From contig OZ242028.1 of assembly GCA_965205005.1 (NCBI GenBank), positions 569,250 to 633,249 on the forward strand: a stretch of 64,000 nt of DNA, given 5' to 3'. A model generated the notes under the pieces. The model saw nothing but the letters and a program-made list of their open reading frames with translations, had not been told where the DNA came from and made no database searches. A program made the position numbers and the translations under genes. The stretch is from Longimicrobiales bacterium. Its GTDB lineage: Bacteria > Gemmatimonadota > Gemmatimonadetes > Longimicrobiales > Gaopeijiaceae. Of this stretch, positions 10,088-17,435 are shown piece after piece. Numbering within the stretch: position 1 is the first letter of the stretch; each line of letters opens with the position of its first letter.

Positions 10088-10516
10088 GTGCCGATGGAGC
10101 TGCTTGGCTACCTTCCGCGCCATCGGTATCTTCTCATCGCCGTGCAGGAGCTTGACCCGGGGGCGTTGGCCGATGATAGCGTGCTGGCAATGATCGCGCG
10201 GCTTGAGCAGGCTTCGACGCCTGAGGCGGTGGAGGAGGAGGAAGGACAGATGACGACATTGCTTGACCGGGCCCGCCAGTGGGGTGAGGAGCGCGACCAG
10301 TTGTGGCTGGAAAAGGGGATCGCGAAAGGACGGATTGAAGGGGAACGCGAGTTGGTCCATCGGATGGTCACTCGGAGATTCGGTCACCGCACCGCGGAAC
10401 ACGTCCTTGCGCGGCTCAACAACCTCTCCGACCCGGAGGACATTGCGGCATTGGCCGACGCAGTCATCGAATGCCAGACCGCCGCGGAGTTCCTCGAGCG
10501 AGTGCGCGACGCGTGA
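10088..10516 (+). pseudogene. Truncated Rpn-family (YhgA-like PD-(D/E)XK transposase-like) remnant retaining the C-terminal DUF4351-like domain
   Basis: GERELVHRMVTRRFGHRTAEHVLARLNNLSDPEDIAALADAVIECQTAAEFLERV has the DUF4351 pattern. The N-terminal nuclease half is absent: an in-frame stop at 10061-10063 limits any upstream extension. Confidence 0.5.
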
Positions 10517-10551
10517 GGAGCGACGGGCGGCGAGTCAGGTCCCGCCCCCCG

Positions 10552-12696
10552 CTACCGCCTCCCTTCCGTAGCCACCGCCCCGTCACCCCCCATGTAGCGG
10601 TCGAAGAAGTAGTCCGTCGCGTCGAACGTGATCAGCCAGCGCTCGTGCAGCAGGAAGTCGTGCACGTCGTCCGGGAAGACGATCAGTTCGTGCGGCACCC
10701 CCTGCGCCCGCAGCAGCTGCACCAGCCCCACCGTCTGCGAAAACGCAACATTCCGGTCGTCGTCACCGTGGATCAGCAGCACCGGCGACGTCCAGTTCTC
10801 CACCTCGGCCACCGACGACGACTGGTACGACACCGTCTCCGGATCGATCGAGTTCCCCCACAGGTGCACGCCCGCAATGTCGACGCCCGCCGCAAACAGA
10901 TCCGAGTCGCGCGCCAGCCCCTGCGCCGTCAGAATCCCGCCGTACGACAGCCCCCAGAGCCCGATCCGGGCCGGATCCACGTCGGTGCGGTCGCGCAGGT
11001 ACTCGCCGGCCGCCCTGATGTCGCGGTACTCGGTGTTGCCCAGGCGCCCGCGCCCCGGCGCGTTGCGGAACTCGCGGCCGTACCCGATGCCGCTCCGGTA
11101 GTTCACCGACAGCACCACGTAGCCCTTGTTCGCGAAGTACTGATTGATCGCGTAGGCCATGTGGTAGAAGTGCATGTAGTGGTAGCCGAGCAGCATCTGC
11201 CGCCGGGACCCGCCGTGGATGAAGATCATCGCGGGCCGCCGCTCGCCGGGTTGCAGATCGGGCGGCAGAAACAGCTGGTTGTAGAACTCGTAGCCGTCCT
11301 CGGCCTCCAGGGTGACCGCTTCCGGCACGACGTGCAGGTCGAGCGGGTAACGGTCGGGAAGCTCGCGGATCGTTCGCGCCTCACCGCCGTCGGCCGGCAC
11401 CACGGCCACGGTTAGCGGCTGGCCGGCGTCCGCGTACATCACCGCGACGTGGCTCCCCGAAGCCAGCGCCGCAGGGTAGGTCTCGATGCCGTCGCCGTGC
11501 GTCAGCTGCCGCGCATCGCCCCCCGACGTTGGCACGCGCCACAGATGGCGGCGGTCGATGTCTCCCGCGTTGGTGGCGTAGAAGAGAGTGCGGCCATCCG
11601 GCGACAGCGAAATATACTCCGCGATGCCGTCTCCCGGGGTAAGTTCGACGGGTGAAGTGGTCCCCCCTGCCGCGGCGACCGAGTAGTAGCGCCGCCACCC
11701 CTCCGGCTCGGCCTGGAAGATGATGTGGTCGCCCGCCCAGATCACCGAGCGCACCTCGCGGTGGATCTCGTCGTCGGCCGAATTGTGCCACACCTCGCGC
11801 GCCTCGCCCGTACGCACGTCACCCACCCATATCGAGAAGTCGTGGCCGCCAGCGAAACGCGCCTCGGTCATCCCGTCGGGCAGATCGTCCGGGTTCGCGT
11901 CACCCAGATCCGCGCGGGCCCCGAACGGCAGCCCCGGCCTGCGGATGAACGCGACCTTGGTCCCGTCGGACGACCACGTCGGGCTAGTGTCGCGGTCCAC
12001 CGCCGGCCCCAGGTAGGTGATGCCCGGGTTGTCGGTGTCGTAGACGCCGATGAAGCTGTGATCCTCCCGGTCGCTCACGAACGCGAGCTTGCGCGAATCG
12101 GGCGACCAGACCGGACTGCCCTGGCTGCCGAAGACGCTGAAGAGCGGCCGTTCGGGCTCGACCGTCACCACGCCCGGGTTCACCGGGGCGCGGTAGATCG
12201 CCCCGCCCTTCGCGTAGGCGACCCATTCGCCGTCCGGTGACAGCGCCACGTTCCAGGCCTCGACGACGCGCCACGGCTCGCCGCCCGCCGTACTCACCGC
12301 CCACACCGCGCGCTCGGCGCCGCGCGGATCGCTGGCCGGGTTCGCGATCCACCCGTCCCCATTGGGCGTGTGCCCGCGCAGGAACACCAGGGTGGAACCG
12401 TCGTCGGAGATGCGCAGGTTCGAGAGATCGCGCCCGTCGTCGTCCTCGTAGCGCGTGAGCCGCACCGGCTCGAACCCGGGCGCGGCCGCCGTGTAGACGT
12501 TGCGCCGTCCCTCCTCGTACTCGATCCAAGCGATCCGGTCGGCGTCCTTCGCCGCGACGAGCTGGACCGGGTAGCCGGGACTGAGCACGTCCTCGATCGA
12601 GAAGCGCTGGGCCTCGGCGGGCGAGGCGGCGAGCGCGGCGAGTGCGGCGAAGGCGAGCGGAACAACAGCGGCGAACAGGACGGTGCGGCGCTTCAT
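10552..12696 (-). CDS. S9 family serine peptidase (prolyl oligopeptidase/acylaminoacyl peptidase-like), secreted
   Basis: Start trimmed to MKRRTVLFAAVVPLAFAALAALAASPAEA (signal). GLWGLSYGG (GxSxGG), LLIHGDDDRNV, and an N-terminal WD40-like propeller region. Confidence 0.85.
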   Translation of the reverse strand: MKRRTVLFAAVVPLAFAALAALAASPAEAQRFSIEDVLSPGYPVQLVAAKDADRIAWIEYEEGRRNVYTAAAPGFEPVRLTRYEDDDGRDLSNLRISDDGSTLVFLRGHTPNGDGWIANPASDPRGAERAVWAVSTAGGEPWRVVEAWNVALSPDGEWVAYAKGGAIYRAPVNPGVVTVEPERPLFSVFGSQGSPVWSPDSRKLAFVSDREDHSFIGVYDTDNPGITYLGPAVDRDTSPTWSSDGTKVAFIRRPGLPFGARADLGDANPDDLPDGMTEARFAGGHDFSIWVGDVRTGEAREVWHNSADDEIHREVRSVIWAGDHIIFQAEPEGWRRYYSVAAAGGTTSPVELTPGDGIAEYISLSPDGRTLFYATNAGDIDRRHLWRVPTSGGDARQLTHGDGIETYPAALASGSHVAVMYADAGQPLTVAVVPADGGEARTIRELPDRYPLDLHVVPEAVTLEAEDGYEFYNQLFLPPDLQPGERRPAMIFIHGGSRRQMLLGYHYMHFYHMAYAINQYFANKGYVVLSVNYRSGIGYGREFRNAPGRGRLGNTEYRDIRAAGEYLRDRTDVDPARIGLWGLSYGGILTAQGLARDSDLFAAGVDIAGVHLWGNSIDPETVSYQSSSVAEVENWTSPVLLIHGDDDRNVAFSQTVGLVQLLRAQGVPHELIVFPDDVHDFLLHERWLITFDATDYFFDRYMGGDGAVATEGRR

Positions 12697-12775
12697 GGGT
12701 GTACTCCAGAGTGCTGGGCGTGGACGGCTCCACCGGCGGGATGCATGGGGCTCCCAATACGATGCCACACCGGGA

Positions 12776-13228
12776 ACCTTGCGGGCAAAGATGAGTATAT
12801 TATACTCAAAACATGAGTAAGAGACTGCAGGTCGTGATGTCCGACGCCGACCTCGATGAGGTCCGCGACGCAGCCGGGCGCCACAACGTCACCGTGTCCG
12901 CGTGGGTGCGCCGCACGCTGCGCGCCGCGACGGAGCTTGATCGGCGCGGTGGGGCGGCCGCGGTGCGCGAAGCACCCCTCGGCGACTCCGCAATCAAGCC
13001 GGAATTCCTCCGCTACGTGACCCTCGAAGTGAAGCTGCTGAAGGGGGACCTGGAAGCCGTGCGCCGGCGCTACAATCTGCGCGACTGGTCTTCGGCGGTG
13101 AAGGAGGCGGTCTGCCGGCAGGCGTTCCCGCCGATGACCAAGGAGGAAGCGCTCGCGATGCAGGGCTTCGGGTGGGAAGGAGACCTCGACGAAATGCGGG
13201 ACGAGCCCCCGATCGAAATGATCGACCC
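12776..13228 (+). repeat. Copy 1 of a ~453-bp duplicated promoter+antitoxin segment (the other copy is at 14539..14991)
   Basis: The two segments align end to end by eye, from ACCTTGCGG upstream of the promoter to ATGATCGACCC. Encoded proteins are about 90 percent identical by eye. Confidence 0.85.
12779..12812 (+). promoter_or_regulatory. Putative sigma70-type promoter with an overlapping palindromic operator for the orphan antitoxin gene
   Basis: TTGCGG (12779-12784), a 16-nt spacer, then TATACT (12801-12806), which ends 6 nt before ATG 12813. No SD is present, implying a leaderless or near-leaderless mRNA. Inverted repeat GAGTATA-T-TATACTC at 12793-12807; a third TGAGTA half-site overlaps the start codon. 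Confidence 0.45.
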
Positions 13229-13235
13229 CGAATGA
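12813..13235 (+). CDS. Two-domain RHH/VapB-like antitoxin paralog with no cognate toxin gene downstream (orphan)
   Basis: The N-terminal part MSKRLQVVMSDADLDEVRDAAGRHNVTVSAWVRRTLRAA is ribbon-helix-helix-like. The C-terminal part ends in GFGWEGDLDEMRD, a VapB-type motif. About 90 percent identical to 14576..15028, but no PIN ORF follows. Confidence 0.75.
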   Translation: MSKRLQVVMSDADLDEVRDAAGRHNVTVSAWVRRTLRAATELDRRGGAAAVREAPLGDSAIKPEFLRYVTLEVKLLKGDLEAVRRRYNLRDWSSAVKEAVCRQAFPPMTKEEALAMQGFGWEGDLDEMRDEPPIEMIDPE

Positions 13236-13314
13236 CGAAGTGCTCGTGGAGTTGCCCCGCCATGACCGACGGGAGCGCGGCTGACGAGGTGCGCGTTCCC
13301 CGCAACGCCGCGTG

Positions 13315-14442
13315 TCAGCCCCCCGGCACAGCACTGCATTGTTGAACGTCAACCGACTCCACGCCGAGTGCATCGGTCGCCTTCAACACCAAGTGGTCCG
13401 GGATAACAGCCATGAGGGCCTGATCCGGTGCCAACGCGACCCGGCTGGCAGGTTGCCCCTGGGCATCTACAATATCCCAAACCTGATCCCGCGCGGCCGG
13501 AGTCCGGCGCACCCACAGGAACTCGTTCGGCCCGCGCAAGAGATCGAACACCGTTGGGTGGTATCTGGGAAAGTCAACGGTTCGCCGTGCAACGTCTCTC
13601 AGGGGATCGAACACGCCCCGCTGTCCGAAGATCTCCTGCGGGATTTCGTTCTGAAGCCAGTATTCCCTGTCCTCCTCGGTGACCTCGAAACGGTCGTCAA
13701 GGGTCAGTGAGACCACTGACCTCTGCTCACCGTCGAAACCCAGAATCCTGACTTCCGGGTCCGGCCCCCGCCAAAACGCCACGCCGCCGGAAACGGGGGT
13801 CCATTGCGGAGTCGGCGAGTAGGGATGCGAAAGAGTGAGGCCCGGCGCTCCGGGTGCCGTGAGACGCAGGTCAGCCGTCCTCTGGGGGTAGACGATCACC
13901 GAGTCCCGGCGAAGCGAATCCTCGTCGGCGCCAACCCCGAACGACCGCGCGATGATGATCCTCTCGTTGGCCATGGGCACGAATCCCTCGAAGAGAACCG
14001 TATTCCCCTCAGCCAATTCGAGCCGTCGCGGGCGATAGGAAGACAGTCCAAAGTCCCGAAGACTCACGGTCCGGAGCAGGTCGCCCGTGAAATCGAAGAT
14101 GGACAATCGTGCCTGATCCGAACCGAGCGCGTAGACATGGCGGCCTGCCAACGCGACTCCTGTGGCAGACCGGAATTCGCCGGGTCCCTCGCCGCTCCTT
14201 CCCCAGCTTCGCAGGTGGGTTCCGTCGGCAAGCTCGAAGAGGTGGATTGCTGGAAAGGACCCGGTAAGCACAACCAACAGGGAATCGTTGGCGCTGACCG
14301 CCCTTACGTCACTCCAAACGAGGTCATCCCCGTCCAGGCGGTAGAGCAGGTCACGATCTGTGCACGTCTGCTGCCCAGCACTCGGGGCGGGTGTCACGAG
14401 TGCTGCCAAAAGAAGGACGGCGCACCGCTGCCAAGAGGCCAT
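13315..14442 (-). CDS. 6-bladed beta-propeller (NHL/TolB-like) secreted protein, paralog of the 8757..10051 pseudogene
   Basis: MASWQRCAVLLLAALVTPAPSAG signal and a GRSGEGPGEF motif. The C-terminus DFPRYHPTVFDLLRGPNEFLWVRR parallels the other copy. The alternative start at 14472 adds an acidic 10-aa extension. Confidence 0.7.
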   Translation of the reverse strand: MASWQRCAVLLLAALVTPAPSAGQQTCTDRDLLYRLDGDDLVWSDVRAVSANDSLLVVLTGSFPAIHLFELADGTHLRSWGRSGEGPGEFRSATGVALAGRHVYALGSDQARLSIFDFTGDLLRTVSLRDFGLSSYRPRRLELAEGNTVLFEGFVPMANERIIIARSFGVGADEDSLRRDSVIVYPQRTADLRLTAPGAPGLTLSHPYSPTPQWTPVSGGVAFWRGPDPEVRILGFDGEQRSVVSLTLDDRFEVTEEDREYWLQNEIPQEIFGQRGVFDPLRDVARRTVDFPRYHPTVFDLLRGPNEFLWVRRTPAARDQVWDIVDAQGQPASRVALAPDQALMAVIPDHLVLKATDALGVESVDVQQCSAVPGG

Positions 14443-14538
14443 GGACGGCTCCGGTTCCTCGGACGAGTTCATGCCGAACCAAATAAGCTCGATTCCGTGG
14501 CCCTTGCAAGGCGGTTCGCGGGGGATGCCGCCTGCAGG

Positions 14539-14991
14539 ACCTTGCGGCCAACAATGAGTATGATATACTCAAGACATGAGTAAAAGACTGCAGGTCGTGA
14601 TGTCCGACGCCGACCTCGAGGAGGTCCGCGACGCAGCCGGGCGCAACAACGTCACCGTGTCCGCGTGGGTGCGCCGCACGTTGCGCGCCGCCGCGGAGCT
14701 TGACCGCCGCGGCGGTGCGGCCGCGGTGCGCGAGGCGCGCCCCGGCTACTCCGTCATCAAGCCGGAGGTCCTCCGCTACGTGACCCTCGAGGTGAGGCTG
14801 ATGGAGGACCATCTGGAAGCCGTGCGCCGGCGCTACAACCTGCGCGACTGGTCGGCGGCCGTGAAGGAGGCGGTCTGCCGACAGGCGTTCCCGCCGATGA
14901 CCAAGGAGGAAGCGCTCGCGATGCGAGGTTTCGGATGGGAAGGCGACCTCGACGAGATGCGGGACAACGACCCGATCGAAATGATCGACCC
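14539..14991 (+). repeat. Copy 2 of the duplicated promoter+antitoxin segment
   Basis: See 12776..13228. The two copies flank the beta-propeller gene as direct repeats. Confidence 0.85.
14542..14575 (+). promoter_or_regulatory. Putative promoter/operator of the vapBC operon
   Basis: TTGCGG (14542-14547), a 16-nt spacer, then TATACT (14564-14569), 6 nt before ATG 14576. Inverted repeat GAGTATG-A-TATACTC at 14556-14570 (one arm mismatch). Confidence 0.45.
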
Positions 14992-15028
14992 GGCCGAGAG
15001 AGTATTCGACCGCGGCGAAACCGATTGA
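14576..15028 (+). CDS. vapB: Two-domain RHH/VapB-like antitoxin
   Basis: Same architecture as 12813..13235 (MSKRLQVVMSDADLEEV..., GFGWEGDLDEMRD). Followed 6 nt later by a PIN toxin gene. Confidence 0.8.
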   Translation: MSKRLQVVMSDADLEEVRDAAGRNNVTVSAWVRRTLRAAAELDRRGGAAAVREARPGYSVIKPEVLRYVTLEVRLMEDHLEAVRRRYNLRDWSAAVKEAVCRQAFPPMTKEEALAMRGFGWEGDLDEMRDNDPIEMIDPAERVFDRGETD

Positions 15029-15034
15029 GGTGCC

Positions 15035-15478
15035 GTGATCGTTGACACCTCGGCCTGGATCGAGTACACGCGGCGCACGGAAGGCCCATTCGACCTTTTC
15101 CTAGACGCGGCGATCCGGAGCGGGCAACCCATTGCCACCCCGGCCGCGGTCATCACGGAGCTTCTCTCCGGGACCAAAAGCGACAACAGGGCCTCGGAAC
15201 TCCTGAAACTCCTGAACCGCTTCGAGATCCTGGTTCCAAGCTCGATCGGGGAGTATGAGGGCGCGGCGCGGATCTACCGCATCTGTCGCCGGGCCGGATA
15301 CACGATTCGATCAACCGTTGATTGCCTGGTGGCGGCAACTGCGGTGGACAAGGGCCGCCCCCTGCTGGCACGCAACCGCGATTTCGACGTCATCGCCCGG
15401 CACACCGAGCTCGAGTTGCTCATTCCGCCGGACCCGGGCCCGCCGCAAAGGCCTCGGCGGGGGTGGTCGGGGGAGTAG
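15035..15478 (+). CDS. vapC: PIN-domain ribonuclease toxin VapC
   Basis: MIVDTSAWIEY (PIN N-terminal Asp), ITELLSG, VDCLVAATAV, RNRDFD. The C-terminal tail PPQRPRRGWSGE runs into a tandem repeat and may not be native. Confidence 0.85.
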   Translation: MIVDTSAWIEYTRRTEGPFDLFLDAAIRSGQPIATPAAVITELLSGTKSDNRASELLKLLNRFEILVPSSIGEYEGAARIYRICRRAGYTIRSTVDCLVAATAVDKGRPLLARNRDFDVIARHTELELLIPPDPGPPQRPRRGWSGE

Positions 15479-15536
15479 GCAGGGTGGTCCGTGTAGCCAG
15501 GGTGGTCGGGTAGGCAGGGTGGTCCGGGGAGTAGGC
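15460..15536. repeat. Four imperfect tandem copies of a 17-21-nt unit AGGGTGGTC(C/G)G..GTAG(G/C)C
   Basis: The read is gggtggtcgggggagtaggc / agggtggtccgtgtagcc / agggtggtcgggtaggc / agggtggtccggggagtaggc. It straddles the vapC stop codon. Confidence 0.6.
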
Positions 15537-15604
15537 GCCCGGCCGCGGGGCCGCGCGAGCCGGCTCCCTCGTCCCGCACGAAATGGGGACCTCGGCGCCG
15601 TAGC

Positions 15605-17428
15605 CTACCCGATCGGCGGGCGGTGGTGATACACGCCCAGCCGCTCCTCGAGCGCCCGGGCGAGCGCGAGGATCTTCCCTTCCTCGAAGAGTCGGCCATG
15701 AAAAGCCACATTACGCGTGATTGTGTGCGGCTCTCCCTGCGGATCGTCCGGAATCGGGCCCGCGCTTCGGGTCGGGCTCCGGTCCAGGCCGGCGCGCACG
15801 GTGATCCCGGGGTGCCCGGTGTAGTTCATCGCCATCAGCAGCTCGAACGAACCGTAGGTCGGGGCGAAGAGGGCGTCGACGTCGCTGTAGATGCGGTGGA
15901 ACTCGTGCATCAGGTGCCGGCGCAGGCGTTCGGCCTGCAGGTAGTCGACCGCGGACAGCATCCGCACCTGCCGCCAGGCGTTGGGCCAGCCCTCGGGAGG
16001 CAGCTGGTCGTCGCGGCCGTCGAGCGTGAGCGCCTCGTAGATCGCGGCCGCCTCGGCGTAGAGGTTGGGGATGAGCGCAGTGTAGGGGAACGGCGGCAGC
16101 TCGACCTCCACCAGTTCGACCCCGACTTCGCGGAGCGCGTCGAGGGCGGCCAGGTGGGCGTCCGCGGCCGGCACGGTGGCGCCGGTGAAGCCGACCTCGC
16201 GGAACCAGTTTGGCGAGTAGCCCACGCGGATGGCGGCGGGATCGAAGCGGGCGTCGTACCGGAAGCCCATGTCGATGGAGGACGGCGATGTCGGGTCCGG
16301 GCCGTTGATCGCGGCCATGACGGGGACCGCATCCTCGACGCGACGAGTGAGGGGGCCGATTCGGTCGAGGCTGGGTGTCAGCGGCATGGCCCCCTCGGTC
16401 GGCACGCGCCCGAACGTGGCGCGCAGGCCGACGATGCCGCACTGGTCTGCGGGGTTGAGGATCGAGCCCAGGCTGTCGGTCCCGATCGAGAACGAGCAGA
16501 GCGCGGCGGCGGTGGCGGACCCCGGCCCGGCGCTCGACCCGCCCGCGTGCTCGTCGGTGTTCCAGGGGTTGCGGACCTTGCCGCCGTACCAGCGGTAGCC
16601 ATTGGCGAGGCTTGCGGTGGCGAGCTTGCCGAGGAGTACGGCGCCGGCGTCGCGGAGCATGGTGACGATGCGGGCGTCGCTGTCGGGAAGGCGGTCCCGG
16701 TAGGGCGTTGCGCCCCAGGTGGTGGGGATCCCGGCCGTGTCGAAGCAGTCCTTGATGCCGTAGGGGATGCCGTGAAGTTCGCCGCGGTAGTTGCCGGCGG
16801 CGAGTTCGCGGTCGGACGCGTCGGCCTGGGCGAGCGCGTGGTCGGCGGTGACCGTGATGTAGCAGTAGAGGTCGGGCGCGAGCCGCTCGATGCGGTCCAG
16901 GTAGATCTCGGTGAGGCGGCGGCTGGTGATCCGGCCGGTGCGGATCCAGTGCGCCTGCTCGCGGACCGACGCGTAGGCGATGTCGGCCTCGTCGTCCGGG
17001 AGGGGAGCGGGTTCGGCCGGGGACATCTCGAGCCGGTTTTCCTGTGCGGGATAGGAGACGCCCGGCAGGCGGGGATCGAAGGTGATCGCGGGCTGGAGGC
17101 TGAGCTCGCGGGGGACCTCGCGGAGCTGGAGGATCCCGGCGACCTGGCCGCCGATGGTCTGGACGAGTTAATCGCGCTCCTCCGCGGTGTAGACGACGCC
17201 GTGGAGCGTCTCGGCTTCGGCGATTGTGGCGGCGGTGATGTCGGCGAGGCCCGCGTCGGCGGCCATGCCGTCGGCGAGGCCCGCGTCGGCGGCCACGCCG
17301 TTTGCGAGGCCCGTGTCGGCGCCGCCTCCGCCCGCGTCACAAGCGGCGAGGCCCCCGGCCGCCAGCGCCGCCGAGCCAGCGAGGAATTCCCTGCGGGTGG
17401 TGGTCGAGTGCTTGCGGGCGGATCCCAT
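15605..17428 (-). pseudogene. Tat-signal lipoprotein amidase (amidase-signature family) interrupted by an in-frame TAA at 17168-17170
   Basis: ORFs 17168..17428 and 15605..17026 are in the same frame. Reading through the TAA gives ...AETLHGVVYTAEERD*LVQTIGGQVAGILQLREVPRELSLQPAITFDPRLPG...MSPAEP..., a continuous N-terminal domain. The AS motif GGSSAGPGSATAA and GIKD are present. RREFLAGSAALAAGGLAAC is a Tat motif plus lipobox. Confidence 0.7.
17240..17329. repeat. 30-bp tandem repeat, three copies (the third degenerate), inside the amidase N-terminal linker
   Basis: gtcggcgaggcccgcgtcggcggccatgcc / gtcggcgaggcccgcgtcggcggccacgcc / gtttgcgaggcccgtgtcggcgccgcctcc. On the minus strand it encodes the repeated ADAGLADG(M/V)A. 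Confidence 0.85.
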
Positions 17429-17435
17429 GTCGCTC

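Noticed and set aside
15460-15536. Tandem repeats as a possible CRISPR array
   Set aside because: The units are contiguous (17-21 nt) with no unique spacers and no cas genes nearby.
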